IMG/VR virus record: IMGVR_UViG_3300042695_002264
Span: 1 to 64,000 of that record
Length of the DNA stretch: 64,000 bases
Direction: 5' to 3' (one strand)
Source: a virus
Made by a program: the position numbers and the translations under genes. Of the stretch, positions 35,378 to 45,930 are shown in pieces; position 1 is the first letter of the stretch, and the number at the start of each line of letters is the position of its first letter. The notes beneath the pieces were generated by a model, which worked only from the letters and a program-made list of their open reading frames with translations, was not told the origin of the DNA and ran no database searches.

Positions 35378-36346
35378 TTATTTTTCTAAATCTTGCATTT
35401 TCTTCAAGTATTCATTACCTTTTGTAGTAAGGCGACGACCCTTGGCCGCAATCTCGATAAGTCCAAGTCTCAAAAGGTATGTTTCATACTCATTCTGAAT
35501 GGCAGACTTTTCAAGACCAGTAGCGGCTGAGAGTGCGGTCAGTGAGCGACCCTCGTAACCATCAAGCGCCCTCATGATTTGGAGTTCACCCTCTCCAACG
35601 CCGAGCGGGTTGATGCCAAGCAATTCACTCATCTTGCCCCAAGCATCCATATCAAAATCGCTGATTTTAGCGGCAGCACAATACTGCATGATATTTTCTT
35701 GAGCCATGCGAACACTGGCGCGAGGATTACCACGACAAGTTTTAGCAGCTTCGCTGAGAGCTTCGTCTTGAATATCAATATCACTAAGATTAATCTTAAT
35801 AATATCTGCAAGATCATCTTGACTATAAGGCTCAAGCTGAATTGAGCGCAAACGATCTTTTAGCGGATTATTCATCGCTTGAGGATCGGTAGTTGCAAAG
35901 ATAAAAGAAATCTTCTTGAAAGGAAATTCCAGAACGTAATCTTTATAATTGATATAGCCAATCATGTTCTTGTCAGGATTCAATGCGGTAAGCAAGGCTT
36001 CCTGAGCAATGGGATCGAGAGCGTGAGCCTCATCAAAGAAAAGGGTGCAATGGTCCTGCACATAAGGAATAAAAACATTTTCAATGAGATTATCCAGCTT
36101 GCGAACAGTGGCGCAGTTGACCTTGATCATGGGCTTGATTTTTCCACCAAGCTCTTTGACGCGCAAGTTTTTGGCAACCAGAGTTGCAAGCGCAGTTTTG
36201 CCAGAACCCTTACCGCCAATCACAAGCATATGGGGCAGGATTTGAGTTGATTGAAACGAGTTGATGTAAAAAGCCAACTGGCGCTTCACTTTATTCTGTC
36301 CCACGATGTCGGGGAAGAAACTATCTACGTATTCTTGGTTGATCAT
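35378..36346 (-). CDS. ruvB: RuvB-like Holliday junction branch-migration ATPase
   Basis: IVGQ..VK.QL, PHML..G.KGSGKT.LA, FFDEAH, FATT, PL.DR, RGNPR, YE.YL...GLI....GR. Confidence 0.9.
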   Translation of the reverse strand: MINQEYVDSFFPDIVGQNKVKRQLAFYINSFQSTQILPHMLVIGGKGSGKTALATLVAKNLRVKELGGKIKPMIKVNCATVRKLDNLIENVFIPYVQDHCTLFFDEAHALDPIAQEALLTALNPDKNMIGYINYKDYVLEFPFKKISFIFATTDPQAMNNPLKDRLRSIQLEPYSQDDLADIIKINLSDIDIQDEALSEAAKTCRGNPRASVRMAQENIMQYCAAAKISDFDMDAWGKMSELLGINPLGVGEGELQIMRALDGYEGRSLTALSAATGLEKSAIQNEYETYLLRLGLIEIAAKGRRLTTKGNEYLKKMQDLEK

Positions 36347-36389
36347 GTCCCTAGTATGGGATTTTTTTTGCTAAATGTCAAAGCAAATT

Positions 36390-36683
36390 TTAGAATTTCT
36401 CAATCTCTATAATTGGCTTGAGGCCAGAATCTTCTGAAGAATCTTTCTTCTTTTGGACATATTTTTCGTCAAAACTTTCGACTTTGACATCAGCGGTTAC
36501 ATGATTGGCAACAGCTTTGATCGTTGCGGTATCAGCTGAAATTTTTGATCCATCTAGACCGATCATTTCTGCATATCGCAGGGAAACAACCACATTCGCA
36601 GAAGGTTTCAAGATCCTGTTTAGCTCGGCAAGAGATACCTTACAGAAACTAACAGCGCCAACTTTTCTACCACGTTTTTTCAT
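36390..36683 (-). CDS. hypothetical protein
   Basis: MKKRGRK.GA.SF; 97 aa. Confidence 0.7.
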   Translation of the reverse strand: MKKRGRKVGAVSFCKVSLAELNRILKPSANVVVSLRYAEMIGLDGSKISADTATIKAVANHVTADVKVESFDEKYVQKKKDSSEDSGLKPIIEIEKF

Positions 36684-36900
36684 ATATTTTTATTAGATTA
36701 AAATTTCAAGGAAGCTTTTTCCCGTTTCTTCGTCATTATTGATACCAGCCCCAAATGGAAACATAGTGTCTTCATCTACGTTAATACGAACTTGGGCATC
36801 ATCGGGAAGCAAGTCGATGATATTTTTGATTTCTTTGATTGTCAGTACTTTCATTTTTATTATTCTGCTATATATTTATAAAATTGTCAAGAGGATTTTT

Positions 36901-37173
36901 TTATTGAAAATCAATGCCCATTTCTTGATTGAAGGAAACGATTCCAGAAAGTTCTTTTTTAAAATTTCTGTATACATATTTGGCGCACTCTTGTTCGCTT
37001 TTTCCAAGCCCCTTTTGAAACTGAATTCCGGAAAATATTGCGCCATCAAGTTCATCTATAGATATTGAGCTTGCCCAAATCGCACACCGCTCTAAATCTT
37101 TACTACTTATTTTCACGGTATTATTAATTACACTTTCAGGCATTTTCGTCGTATTCTTCTTCAGAAACTTCAT
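36901..37173 (-). CDS. hypothetical protein
   Basis: 90-aa ORF. Confidence 0.6.
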   Translation of the reverse strand: MKFLKKNTTKMPESVINNTVKISSKDLERCAIWASSISIDELDGAIFSGIQFQKGLGKSEQECAKYVYRNFKKELSGIVSFNQEMGIDFQ

Positions 37174-37610
37174 CTATTGAGCATTCATCAAATCCATAAG
37201 CATCTATCAAGCCTTCTTCTACAGCCTGCTCGAACACTTCTTCATCGGATAGGTCATTTTTGCTATTAATATAAAATTCTTCTCCGCTTTCCGTAATTAA
37301 TTTATAGTACTTCATTTATTAATTATGTCTTCAATAATTTGGTTTAAATCTCTTTTATCATTCTTTGTTATACAATAAAGTATAAAAATGCTAAAAACTA
37401 TTACACCAACTATCATTAGTAATGAAATAAATTTATTCTAATTCTGAAGCATCTGTTTGGCCATCGCTATAGCCATCCATGTAATCAGCATCTTCTGATT
37501 TTGGATTATAAATATTATTTATACCATGATTATAACCATCATTATAACCATTCTGGTATGTTTTTGTCAATTCTGTTTCAAACATATTTTCGATTGTTGT
37601 GTTCATAAAT

Positions 37611-37919
37611 TCATTCCCCTTTGTGGATTCTAATATGCCAGTCAATTCCTCCAATTTTATGGAAAAAAGACACTCCGCCAAATTGCTCTGGTATCTTTTC
37701 GTCTTTAAACTTTAATCTAACGTAGGATTTTTCTCCAATTTCGTTTTGGCAAATTTCCTCATATCCCCTTTTCCATACGCTAATTCCGTCAACAAAGTCC
37801 ATTTCGGAAAAGCATTTGTCTTGCTCTATTAATCTATCTAAATTTAACTTCTCTTCGTTAGTCAATGGTAAATCCCCAACTTCACTATTGATCAGATTAA
37901 ATGCGTTTATTGTAGTCAT
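37611..37919 (-). CDS. hypothetical protein
   Basis: 102 aa; TTGACT promoter upstream. Confidence 0.7.
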   Translation of the reverse strand: MTTINAFNLINSEVGDLPLTNEEKLNLDRLIEQDKCFSEMDFVDGISVWKRGYEEICQNEIGEKSYVRLKFKDEKIPEQFGGVSFFHKIGGIDWHIRIHKGE

Positions 37920-37962
37920 TTTTATATATTCTAAGTTGAATTGAAAATTTAGTCAATATTTT

Positions 37963-38283
37963 TTAAAAATCTTTAAGGCACTTCTTTACTTCATGCTCTA
38001 TGATTTCACATAACTTTTCTTTTGATGGAATTTCGTTTAAACTATAATGGATCTTTACAGCCTTTAAAAATTCATCAGTTAATTCAATATTGAATTTTAC
38101 AGATCCATCAGATGCAATATATGGATTGCAAAAAATTTTAAAATATTCTGGAAACCTATTCGAATATTTTTCTGGCAAAATCTCTGCAAAATCGCTTTGT
38201 TTATTTTCCGAATTGTTTGGAAAATTTTCTGGATTTTCTCCAATATAAAAATCTTCCATTAAAGGGATATCTTGATGCTTCAT
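37963..38283 (-). CDS. hypothetical protein
   Basis: 106 aa, coupled. Confidence 0.65.
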   Translation of the reverse strand: MKHQDIPLMEDFYIGENPENFPNNSENKQSDFAEILPEKYSNRFPEYFKIFCNPYIASDGSVKFNIELTDEFLKAVKIHYSLNEIPSKEKLCEIIEHEVKKCLKDF

Positions 38284-38912
38284 TTTAATGGTTTTTTTCT
38301 TTTAACAGTATCTTTTTTTAATTTGCGCTTTTTATTTGGTAGAGTTTTTTTAATTTTAAAATCTGGAACCGTATTGTAAATTTCATTTTTATTCATAGCA
38401 ACCATTTTCCAGTATTCTTTTTGTAGAAGATCAAAATTTATAATAGATGCCTGTTTAATATAAAGATCTTGTAGGCTAATAATTGATTTGGCAACAAATT
38501 TTGCAAAATCTTTAAAGTTGTATGTTTTATTATAAAAATTTTCGTTGGAATTTTCTTTTTTGTTTTCTGGGGAAGTTAGCAATCGTTTATGGTCAGACCA
38601 TTCCTCTATAAATTGCATTAGGTCTTCTCTAATGTTATTTTTATTTTTTCTCCATTTCTGGAAAATCTCGCCAGGAACAATTTTAGATCCTTCTACGGTA
38701 TACATTTGATATTGGAATAGGTATCTGTATTTTGGCTCAAAATCTGTAAATTCCTGCGCTGAACACCAATAAAAATATGGGGATATTGATTTTAAAGTAA
38801 CCAAGTCTATATCATCACCTTTCTGTGCTTTGTTAAAAACAATAGTTTCTGGCATAAAAAAGAAAATCATTTTATATTCCACAGACTCAATATCTTCAGG
38901 TATGTCATTCAT
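38280..38912 (-). CDS. hypothetical protein
   Basis: 210-aa ORF. Confidence 0.7.
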   Translation of the reverse strand: MNDIPEDIESVEYKMIFFFMPETIVFNKAQKGDDIDLVTLKSISPYFYWCSAQEFTDFEPKYRYLFQYQMYTVEGSKIVPGEIFQKWRKNKNNIREDLMQFIEEWSDHKRLLTSPENKKENSNENFYNKTYNFKDFAKFVAKSIISLQDLYIKQASIINFDLLQKEYWKMVAMNKNEIYNTVPDFKIKKTLPNKKRKLKKDTVKRKKPLK

Positions 38913-39087
38913 ATTTAATATGGCTTTGATAGCTTCTTCTTTAAAACATTTTCTGCCACATCCATTGCAAGCTCTGCATCTTCCATTAAAATATCATTAA
39001 AATCTTTTTCGGCACACAATAGTTCCCATTCACTTTCAGAGAATTGTTTGGCCCATTTTTTTAAAGACTTCATATCTTTTTTTAGCA

Positions 39088-40314
39088 TTAGATCTTTTTC
39101 TTTTTAGCTCTCTTAGTTGTATTTTGAATTGGGGCAGATGAGTATGCAGATGTATCTGCTACAGAAATTGTATTTAAATTATTAAAAAATCCATTTAGAT
39201 TATTTGTATTTGTGCCCCAGCTAGGATTACTTGTAGTTAAATAATTACCATTATCAATAGTGTTGCCAAAATCATCAAGATTAATGCCGCGCATTTTTTT
39301 AAGTATATGCTGTATTTTTCGCAATAGTGAGTCGTCACATAACTTGTTATGCTCTGCCATTTCAAGCAATGGTTTGTAATGAATCGCATCTCCAAAAACA
39401 ATATCTTGAAACTTTTTATTACCAAAAAATAAAGATAATTGCCTTTCCTCATCAAGAAATGGAACAAAAAAGTTTGACCAATCTTTGTTTTGCACCAGAA
39501 GGTGGGCGCAAGATTGATAATAGTTTTCATTAACTAAAAATTCAAGAGCAGCTTTTTTATCCTTGGCTTTGAATATATCAGTGATAACTTTTTCAATTCC
39601 ACCAAAATTAATAGATGCCAAAAGCTTTGATGGGTTGCTCTCTATTGGTAAGACATCATTGATATCGCCACCAATTTGATAAACTTCTAACGCATAGTCT
39701 ATTCTACGGGGGCTAACTAGCTTTTTAATTTTTTCTGGCAAATTATTCCACCACTCAGTTGCGCCCTCTGCCCACTTTTGGCCAAATTTGTTATTAAAAT
39801 ATTCATTGTCAAGAGCATAAGGAATATTTATCTGAACTTGAAAGCGATCTTTTTGTGCTGGATCAATCGGCTCAACATCATAAATTTCGTTATCTTCGTC
39901 ATCTGGATTGTATGGATTTACTCCACCCCATACAACTTTTAAATTTGGAAATTTTTTACCATTGAGGGATTTAAATTGAATAAGCTCCATGATGGCATTG
40001 CGAACTTTTTTAACGCTACGGTTATATTCATCAATAAAGATAGCCTCAACTTCTTCATTCATATATTCTGGTCTAATAAACTCAAGAGTCGATCCAGTTT
40101 TTGTAACTTTCTCTTTTGGTACTCCAATAAAATCGACAAATGGATCGAGTGTGGAGCCTGAGAAATAAAGCCATTTTGTGGTTTTTCGATTAAAGACCTC
40201 TGTAATGATCGAGGTTTTTCCAACTCCTTTGTGTCCGGAAAGTAAGACATTTTTTCCATGATCAAAATAAAACTCTAATTTTTTAATTAAATCTTGCGAT
40301 TTAAATGCTTTCAT
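39088..40314 (-). CDS. MoxR-like AAA+ ATPase
   Basis: VLLSGHKGVGKT, DFIGVP, FIDEYNR, D.AQ.DRF, SPRR. Confidence 0.85.
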   Translation of the reverse strand: MKAFKSQDLIKKLEFYFDHGKNVLLSGHKGVGKTSIITEVFNRKTTKWLYFSGSTLDPFVDFIGVPKEKVTKTGSTLEFIRPEYMNEEVEAIFIDEYNRSVKKVRNAIMELIQFKSLNGKKFPNLKVVWGGVNPYNPDDEDNEIYDVEPIDPAQKDRFQVQINIPYALDNEYFNNKFGQKWAEGATEWWNNLPEKIKKLVSPRRIDYALEVYQIGGDINDVLPIESNPSKLLASINFGGIEKVITDIFKAKDKKAALEFLVNENYYQSCAHLLVQNKDWSNFFVPFLDEERQLSLFFGNKKFQDIVFGDAIHYKPLLEMAEHNKLCDDSLLRKIQHILKKMRGINLDDFGNTIDNGNYLTTSNPSWGTNTNNLNGFFNNLNTISVADTSAYSSAPIQNTTKRAKKKKI

Positions 40315-40352
40315 ATATTTTATTATCTTATTATTTTATATTTTTGTCAAAT

Positions 40353-41621
40353 TTATTCAAAGTCTTCAAGCTTAAATATTTTTGACTTGTTTGGTACGCA
40401 CTCTTTATAATCTGTAGTTAAAAGAAAAACCCAGCGATTTGGATGTTGTGGGTAAAAAATACTGGCATAGCCATCAGTAATAACAAATATATTTCTAGGA
40501 TATTGAATGCCTTCTCTTTTTATGATTTCCTGCACTTTGTTTTCAATGCATTTAAATGATGTTCCGCCGCCGCCAATCACCCTGTCACTTTGCTTATCCA
40601 ACTCATAAGCCATATCATCAAAGCTAAAAAGCCTAACCCTAATTGTTTTAGGGATAGATTTAAATGCTTTATAAAAACGCTCTTTGTAGCCCCAGCATGA
40701 TCCACTAACATCAAGAAAGCAAAAAATGCTTTGCTTTTCTTTGTCATTTTTCTGATCATCAATATCAACATCGGCTGGCAACATCAAGGAACTATCAAGA
40801 AGATTATGTCTGCGATTTTTAATAATCCAATGATTGGTTTCAAATTCTTTTTCTACAATTTTTTTTGCATATTTGCGAATAATTGTTTCCCATTTTGGCT
40901 TCTTTTTGACAAGTTTCTTTTCTATCTTGGCAATAATTCCAGCAGTTCCAGTTCCAGCCTGTTGACCTCTTTTTTCTTCTTTCTTATTTGGCTCGCCTTC
41001 GTTCATTTTTTGGCGATCTAGAATATTTTTTAATGACTCCGCCTCATGCTGGTCAAGAGATTCAACAAGGCTATTTATAAATTCATTCTCAGATTTTTTA
41101 TTTGGTAAGCTGCTATGATCATTGCATTTAATAGGCATTTTAACCGTCTTGATTCGCCCTTGCTTATTAAGTAATGAATAATAGTATTCAAATGATCGCC
41201 CATATTCTGCTTCGCCTTTTTTAAACCACTTATCCACCCAACAATAATCATCGTCTGGATCTATTTCTGATCTATTAAAACCGAAATATTTTACAAGACC
41301 CTCGTTGATTGGAATATCCAAGCAAACATTTTTGGCATCATCAAATTCACCATTTGCTCGCGCGCCATGCTGATTGATCAAATGATAGGCTTCGTGCGCG
41401 ATAACAAAACGTTTTTGATTGTCGGAGCATTTATCCCAAAAATCTTTATTTATGCTAAAATTTAAATTATTATTTTTCTTGTCAATACCAACGCAAGCAG
41501 TTGGAACTCTATCAGAAAATTCTGGCCGAACAAGCTCCCAGAATTTATAAAAAACTCCGTGATGAGAAGTTAAAAGATGTGATATTTCTTTTTTTTCTTC
41601 GTATGTTATCGGACGGTTCAC
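40353..41621 (-). CDS. metallopeptidase-VWA (DUF2201-like) protein, MoxR partner
   Basis: IAHEAYH, DIPIN, MIDAS motif LDVSGS, GGGTSF, ITDG. Confidence 0.85.
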   Translation of the reverse strand: MNRPITYEEKKEISHLLTSHHGVFYKFWELVRPEFSDRVPTACVGIDKKNNNLNFSINKDFWDKCSDNQKRFVIAHEAYHLINQHGARANGEFDDAKNVCLDIPINEGLVKYFGFNRSEIDPDDDYCWVDKWFKKGEAEYGRSFEYYYSLLNKQGRIKTVKMPIKCNDHSSLPNKKSENEFINSLVESLDQHEAESLKNILDRQKMNEGEPNKKEEKRGQQAGTGTAGIIAKIEKKLVKKKPKWETIIRKYAKKIVEKEFETNHWIIKNRRHNLLDSSLMLPADVDIDDQKNDKEKQSIFCFLDVSGSCWGYKERFYKAFKSIPKTIRVRLFSFDDMAYELDKQSDRVIGGGGTSFKCIENKVQEIIKREGIQYPRNIFVITDGYASIFYPQHPNRWVFLLTTDYKECVPNKSKIFKLEDFE

Positions 41622-41622
41622 T

Positions 41623-42660
41623 CTATAGATTAAAGTATATTTTGTTAATTAATCCAAGATTTTTATCATATATAGAGGAAATAACCCCTCTAGTATTATT
41701 AACATAGCCTTTACGCTTATGCCATGCATCAGTAGCAGATAAGGATGGAAGTATTTCAACCTTGACACCGCAATATTCACGCAACATTTCTTGATGGAAA
41801 TGTCCTAATTTAATATATCTGCTTGGGCATTCTGACCATTCTTTTGGCATTTCTGCCGCCATAATAAGCGGCAAATCAGAGTTTTTTTCTTGATCACCAT
41901 GTGTATACATGATCAAATTTTTGCCATAAACATAATATTTACGATCTGTTGATCCGTTATCGACATTAACGTGCTTATCATTTTGATATTTTATATGCAA
42001 TAATTCGCCAAGCATAAATTCGCTAACCCTTCCATGGTTGCCAGGAACAACAACAACATCTACTGGAGCAAGCTGTTTTAACTTTTCTATTGTTTCAATT
42101 ACAACTCTTCTTCCCTCTTTAAAAATCTTTTTAAATCTCGAATCAGTATCTTGTTGTGTTCCAGCAGTTGTTGTTCCCTGCTCGTTATCTATTTGGAAAA
42201 AATCCTGCCCAAATGGAAAAACAATTTTTGTAATTGGAAATTTTGAAGCAGTATTTAGCGTAAAATCTATAGACTTTATTAAAGCCTCTTCTGCTAAATC
42301 CATATCATAATTTTGCCCAGATTCTTCATCCCACGCGAGTTTGCCCCAATGAAGATCAAACAAGCCAAACTCCATTAGGAGATTTTCCTCTTTGTGCTTG
42401 TGCTGAACTTTAACTGGACTTTTTGCATATTCAGCGAGTTCTTTTTTAAGCTCTTCAATATTCCATAGTAAGGGCGATTTTCTCTTAAATGTAATTTTAT
42501 AGTTATAGCCCTTTGTATTTTCCTCTACAGCGTAACGCTCTACTTCCCAAGTATCAAGATCAGCTTTGCACCCCCTAAGCGCATCCTCAAGAGATTTAGA
42601 GTTTACTTCTACTTCTTTTTCCATTCTTTCTTCGTTTGCCATAATTATATTTGTCTCCAT
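41623..42660 (-). CDS. calcineurin-like metallophosphoesterase/nuclease
   Basis: DLHWG, GQDFF, PGNH, THGD, GHFH. Confidence 0.85.
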   Translation of the reverse strand: METNIIMANEERMEKEVEVNSKSLEDALRGCKADLDTWEVERYAVEENTKGYNYKITFKRKSPLLWNIEELKKELAEYAKSPVKVQHKHKEENLLMEFGLFDLHWGKLAWDEESGQNYDMDLAEEALIKSIDFTLNTASKFPITKIVFPFGQDFFQIDNEQGTTTAGTQQDTDSRFKKIFKEGRRVVIETIEKLKQLAPVDVVVVPGNHGRVSEFMLGELLHIKYQNDKHVNVDNGSTDRKYYVYGKNLIMYTHGDQEKNSDLPLIMAAEMPKEWSECPSRYIKLGHFHQEMLREYCGVKVEILPSLSATDAWHKRKGYVNNTRGVISSIYDKNLGLINKIYFNL

Positions 42661-43643
42661 TCTACATTTTGAAATGCTTGTAGATCACTTCCACCAGCAT
42701 AACTAATTGCTGATGATAGGTCTTGCTGAATTTCTTCAAGTTTTTGTTTGTATGTCATTCCATTCATCGACATCGAAATAGTTTTACCTTCAATATTTTT
42801 TTTGTTCCCATTTAATGAAGACGCCGAGCCAAAATACAATTTTTTAGTTGGGTCCGTTGGATCGACAAGGGCTGGAGAATCAATACATCTGGCGAACATG
42901 CTTCCACACATCACCATATCTGCCCCAGCTACCATAGCCTTTGCTATATCGCCATTAGAGGAAATTCCACCATCACCAATAATCATTGGGGCACGAACTC
43001 CACGTTCATTAATTAAATCAATTTTGGCTTGTTTTACTTCCTGAATACTGGAGAACATTGGGGAAGCAAATCCTGTTTTGTTATAAGTAATGCATGAAGC
43101 GCCACATGCAATACCAACTTTTACCGCATCTACAAGACCAGCCATGCGAATATAAGCGTCAGCAGTAGCAATATTTCCACCAATAATAAACAAATTCGGA
43201 TTATCATTCGTCCTATAAATATTCAAGAAGCGCAACATTTCTAATGCAGCTTCATGATCGCCATGGGCAACATCAACTGTTACATAATCTAATTTAAGAT
43301 TTAATTCTTTAATTTTATGAATAAATTCTATATCACGCTTTTTAATTCCAAGAGAAATTGAGATATATGGAACTGTAGTATATTTGAACTTTGCTGATTC
43401 GCTAATCCAATTTATAATTTCTTCATATTCATAAAAACGATGAAGAATATAAAAGTATTTATTTTGAGCTAGCCATTCAGCCTTCTCAAAAGAAATGCAT
43501 GAGGCCATATTTGCTGGAACTACCGGCAATTCAAATTCGTTATTTGCAACCCTAACTTTCGTATTTGCATCTTTGCGAGAATGAAGCGTTGAATAATTAG
43601 GTACAAGATGGATATCTTTGTAATTTAAACTTTTAATAGGCAT
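42645..43643 (-). CDS. guaC: GMP reductase
   Basis: PVVPANM, YILHRF, DVAHG, GNIAT, KVGI..G..CIT..KTGF, DGGI..NGDIAKA, YFGSAS, IEGK, SAISYAGG. Confidence 0.9.
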   Translation of the reverse strand: MPIKSLNYKDIHLVPNYSTLHSRKDANTKVRVANNEFELPVVPANMASCISFEKAEWLAQNKYFYILHRFYEYEEIINWISESAKFKYTTVPYISISLGIKKRDIEFIHKIKELNLKLDYVTVDVAHGDHEAALEMLRFLNIYRTNDNPNLFIIGGNIATADAYIRMAGLVDAVKVGIACGASCITYNKTGFASPMFSSIQEVKQAKIDLINERGVRAPMIIGDGGISSNGDIAKAMVAGADMVMCGSMFARCIDSPALVDPTDPTKKLYFGSASSLNGNKKNIEGKTISMSMNGMTYKQKLEEIQQDLSSAISYAGGSDLQAFQNVEWRQI

Positions 43644-43657
43644 AATATGTTATTTTT

Positions 43658-44245
43658 TTAGATATATCTGACAAGTAGCCAATAAACTTTATCAAGAAGT
43701 TTTCTTAGCAATTCAATTGGCTTGATGATAATTTTCCACTTAATGAATCTATAAAATTTAGTATTAAAAAAATATTTATTATACCATAGCTTTGCTTTGC
43801 GAGCAGATTCGGCCATATTCTTTTGTAAGTTATCTAGTCTTTCAGTTGCATCGCTTATTTCGTAAGACAAAATCTCTATATTTTCAAGTTTACCATTAGT
43901 AAATTTGGCCAGATAATCTATTGAGATATCAGTTGCCTTATTACCATCTTTATTGCGAACGGTTTCGTAGCAATAAAAATTCACTACACCATGGTAATTG
44001 TATGGAACAATTTCTTCTTTGACGACTTCCATATACCCCTTCAAGAAGGCACTATCATCATCTTTCCATTCATACTCGCGCTTTCTACAAAGAAGGTCGC
44101 CATTTTCATTAAGAATATAGAGATCTAATACATTGTCAAAATCTTTGGTTTGAAATTCACTATCGCATGCATCTGGCATAATATCAATAACCTCTAATGG
44201 TAGGGGTAATGGATAATCACACCGTATTGAATCGTACATTCCCAT
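43658..44245 (-). CDS. conserved phage protein (MGMYD...FQTKD family)
   Basis: Recurrent phage motif; function unknown. Confidence 0.75.
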   Translation of the reverse strand: MGMYDSIRCDYPLPLPLEVIDIMPDACDSEFQTKDFDNVLDLYILNENGDLLCRKREYEWKDDDSAFLKGYMEVVKEEIVPYNYHGVVNFYCYETVRNKDGNKATDISIDYLAKFTNGKLENIEILSYEISDATERLDNLQKNMAESARKAKLWYNKYFFNTKFYRFIKWKIIIKPIELLRKLLDKVYWLLVRYI

Positions 44246-44279
44246 AATGTTTGTATATTATTGTTTTTGTGCGTAATTG

Positions 44280-44918
44280 TCAATTAATTAATTTAAACGC
44301 TTCAAGAGTATATTTGAATGGATTGCCTTCGATTTTGGACACTTGATTTAACATTTGTTTAGCAATGTTTTTAATTTCAAGCTGCGCATCTGGTTTGTTT
44401 CGCAGATTTAAAAAGTGGGCAAAACTGCGAAAGTTAAACATTACATCGGCAACTATCTGAGTATTGTATGGTCGAAAAAATCGAGCAGATTCTTTTGCCC
44501 TTTTCCTATCAATTCCATACCTTGAAGTTAAACTATCAATGCATTTATGATATAATTCAAGCCCATTCTTTGTATATTTATGAAGCTCATCAACCCACTC
44601 ATATGGCCAATCACTTGGAGTATAATACTCGTCTTCTTTTAATTCTTTATATCGCGCGCTTTCAGCGTTAATTGAAACGCCAATTCGGTGCTTTAATAGG
44701 TGGATATGACTAGCAATATCTGTTTTAACAAGAAAATGAATGGATGATTTTTCAAATGGAGTATGATGCCCATTAGAGGCAAGCATTTCCAATAAGGCTG
44801 GAATTCTTTTCTTTTTATCTTCAGTAATTTCTCTACTTGTAGATGTCCATGCTGAACATGCATGGGTTTCATCTGAGCCATAATAACCAATTAACTCAAC
44901 GGTATTAGTATTTTTCAT
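44280..44918 (-). CDS. thyX: flavin-dependent thymidylate synthase
   Basis: HHTPFE, LLKHR..SINAESARY, KESAR, NFRS..HFL.LR...AQ.EI. Confidence 0.92.
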   Translation of the reverse strand: MKNTNTVELIGYYGSDETHACSAWTSTSREITEDKKKRIPALLEMLASNGHHTPFEKSSIHFLVKTDIASHIHLLKHRIGVSINAESARYKELKEDEYYTPSDWPYEWVDELHKYTKNGLELYHKCIDSLTSRYGIDRKRAKESARFFRPYNTQIVADVMFNFRSFAHFLNLRNKPDAQLEIKNIAKQMLNQVSKIEGNPFKYTLEAFKLIN

Positions 44919-44921
44919 ATT

Positions 44922-45575
44922 TTAATCTTTATTTTTTTCAAACTGATAAAAGTAGAATTCATCTTCACCAGCAAACCAGCGGCTTCCAGACTGTTCGCAA
45001 GAAAATTCTTTGTTAAAAACAATCCACTTATCATGACCTTTTAATTCGCTGCCAATCCATGCCCCGCCATCTCGCCAAACAACTCGATTACCAGGCTGCA
45101 AAAAGTATTGACCACCTTCACCAACGATTAGATGTCCTTGCTTATGACCCCCTGGGTTTTCACTTTGACCTGTTTGAAATTCTGGCCCATAAGACCAATC
45201 AATAGTCATTAAATATTTTCCGTTGTGCCATTTTTTATCTTTTAAAAGAATTTTACAAGCACTATTTTTTAAATATTCGTACCTATGAACTGAAAAATAT
45301 GGAGAATAACTATCCCAAAGTTCTAGCCAGTCGAGAGGATAATCGCTTAATCCATTTTCTGGCAGCTTGTCATTCAAATAATGAATTGGAACCCTAGTAT
45401 GAATACTTCCCATTTCAGTCATTACTGAGAATAGGCCACAACGACGATTTAAAGAAGTAAATCCAAAAACCTCTACAGGAATAAATTCTCCAGTTCCTCT
45501 AGCCTCTTTGTTGTAAAGAAAACTAGTATCCAGCCATGAAGTAAAAAGTGGTATATCAGAATTAATATAAGCCAT
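44922..45575 (-). CDS. conserved phage protein of unknown function
   Basis: RVPIH...LELWDSYS...YLMTIDW...HK..H...QP.NR. Confidence 0.75.
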   Translation of the reverse strand: MAYINSDIPLFTSWLDTSFLYNKEARGTGEFIPVEVFGFTSLNRRCGLFSVMTEMGSIHTRVPIHYLNDKLPENGLSDYPLDWLELWDSYSPYFSVHRYEYLKNSACKILLKDKKWHNGKYLMTIDWSYGPEFQTGQSENPGGHKQGHLIVGEGGQYFLQPGNRVVWRDGGAWIGSELKGHDKWIVFNKEFSCEQSGSRWFAGEDEFYFYQFEKNKD

Positions 45576-45930
45576 TTCTATAGTGATTAATTATTCCAAT
45601 CTGGAAGTGGCGGCTCTAGATATTCTTTTATAAATTTAATATCTTTTTTAATATGAATTAACCTTACTTCGCTAGAGAGTAAAACAAAAAATATTCCCAA
45701 CAATAATCCTAAAATTGCAAAATCGAAATAGTGCCTATTCATTTTCTACAAAGTCAAGATGAGTGTTTTCTGGAAGTGTAAATCCAATAGCTTGCAAAAA
45801 TCTTTCAAAAGCATACAGGTGATCACTCAATCCAGATTGCTGATCAATTTGCATATGAACAGTTGGAAAAACCTGATCTTTAGATGGGCCGAGAGTATCA
45901 ACCACAGTATAAGTATGATTTTCAGCTTGT

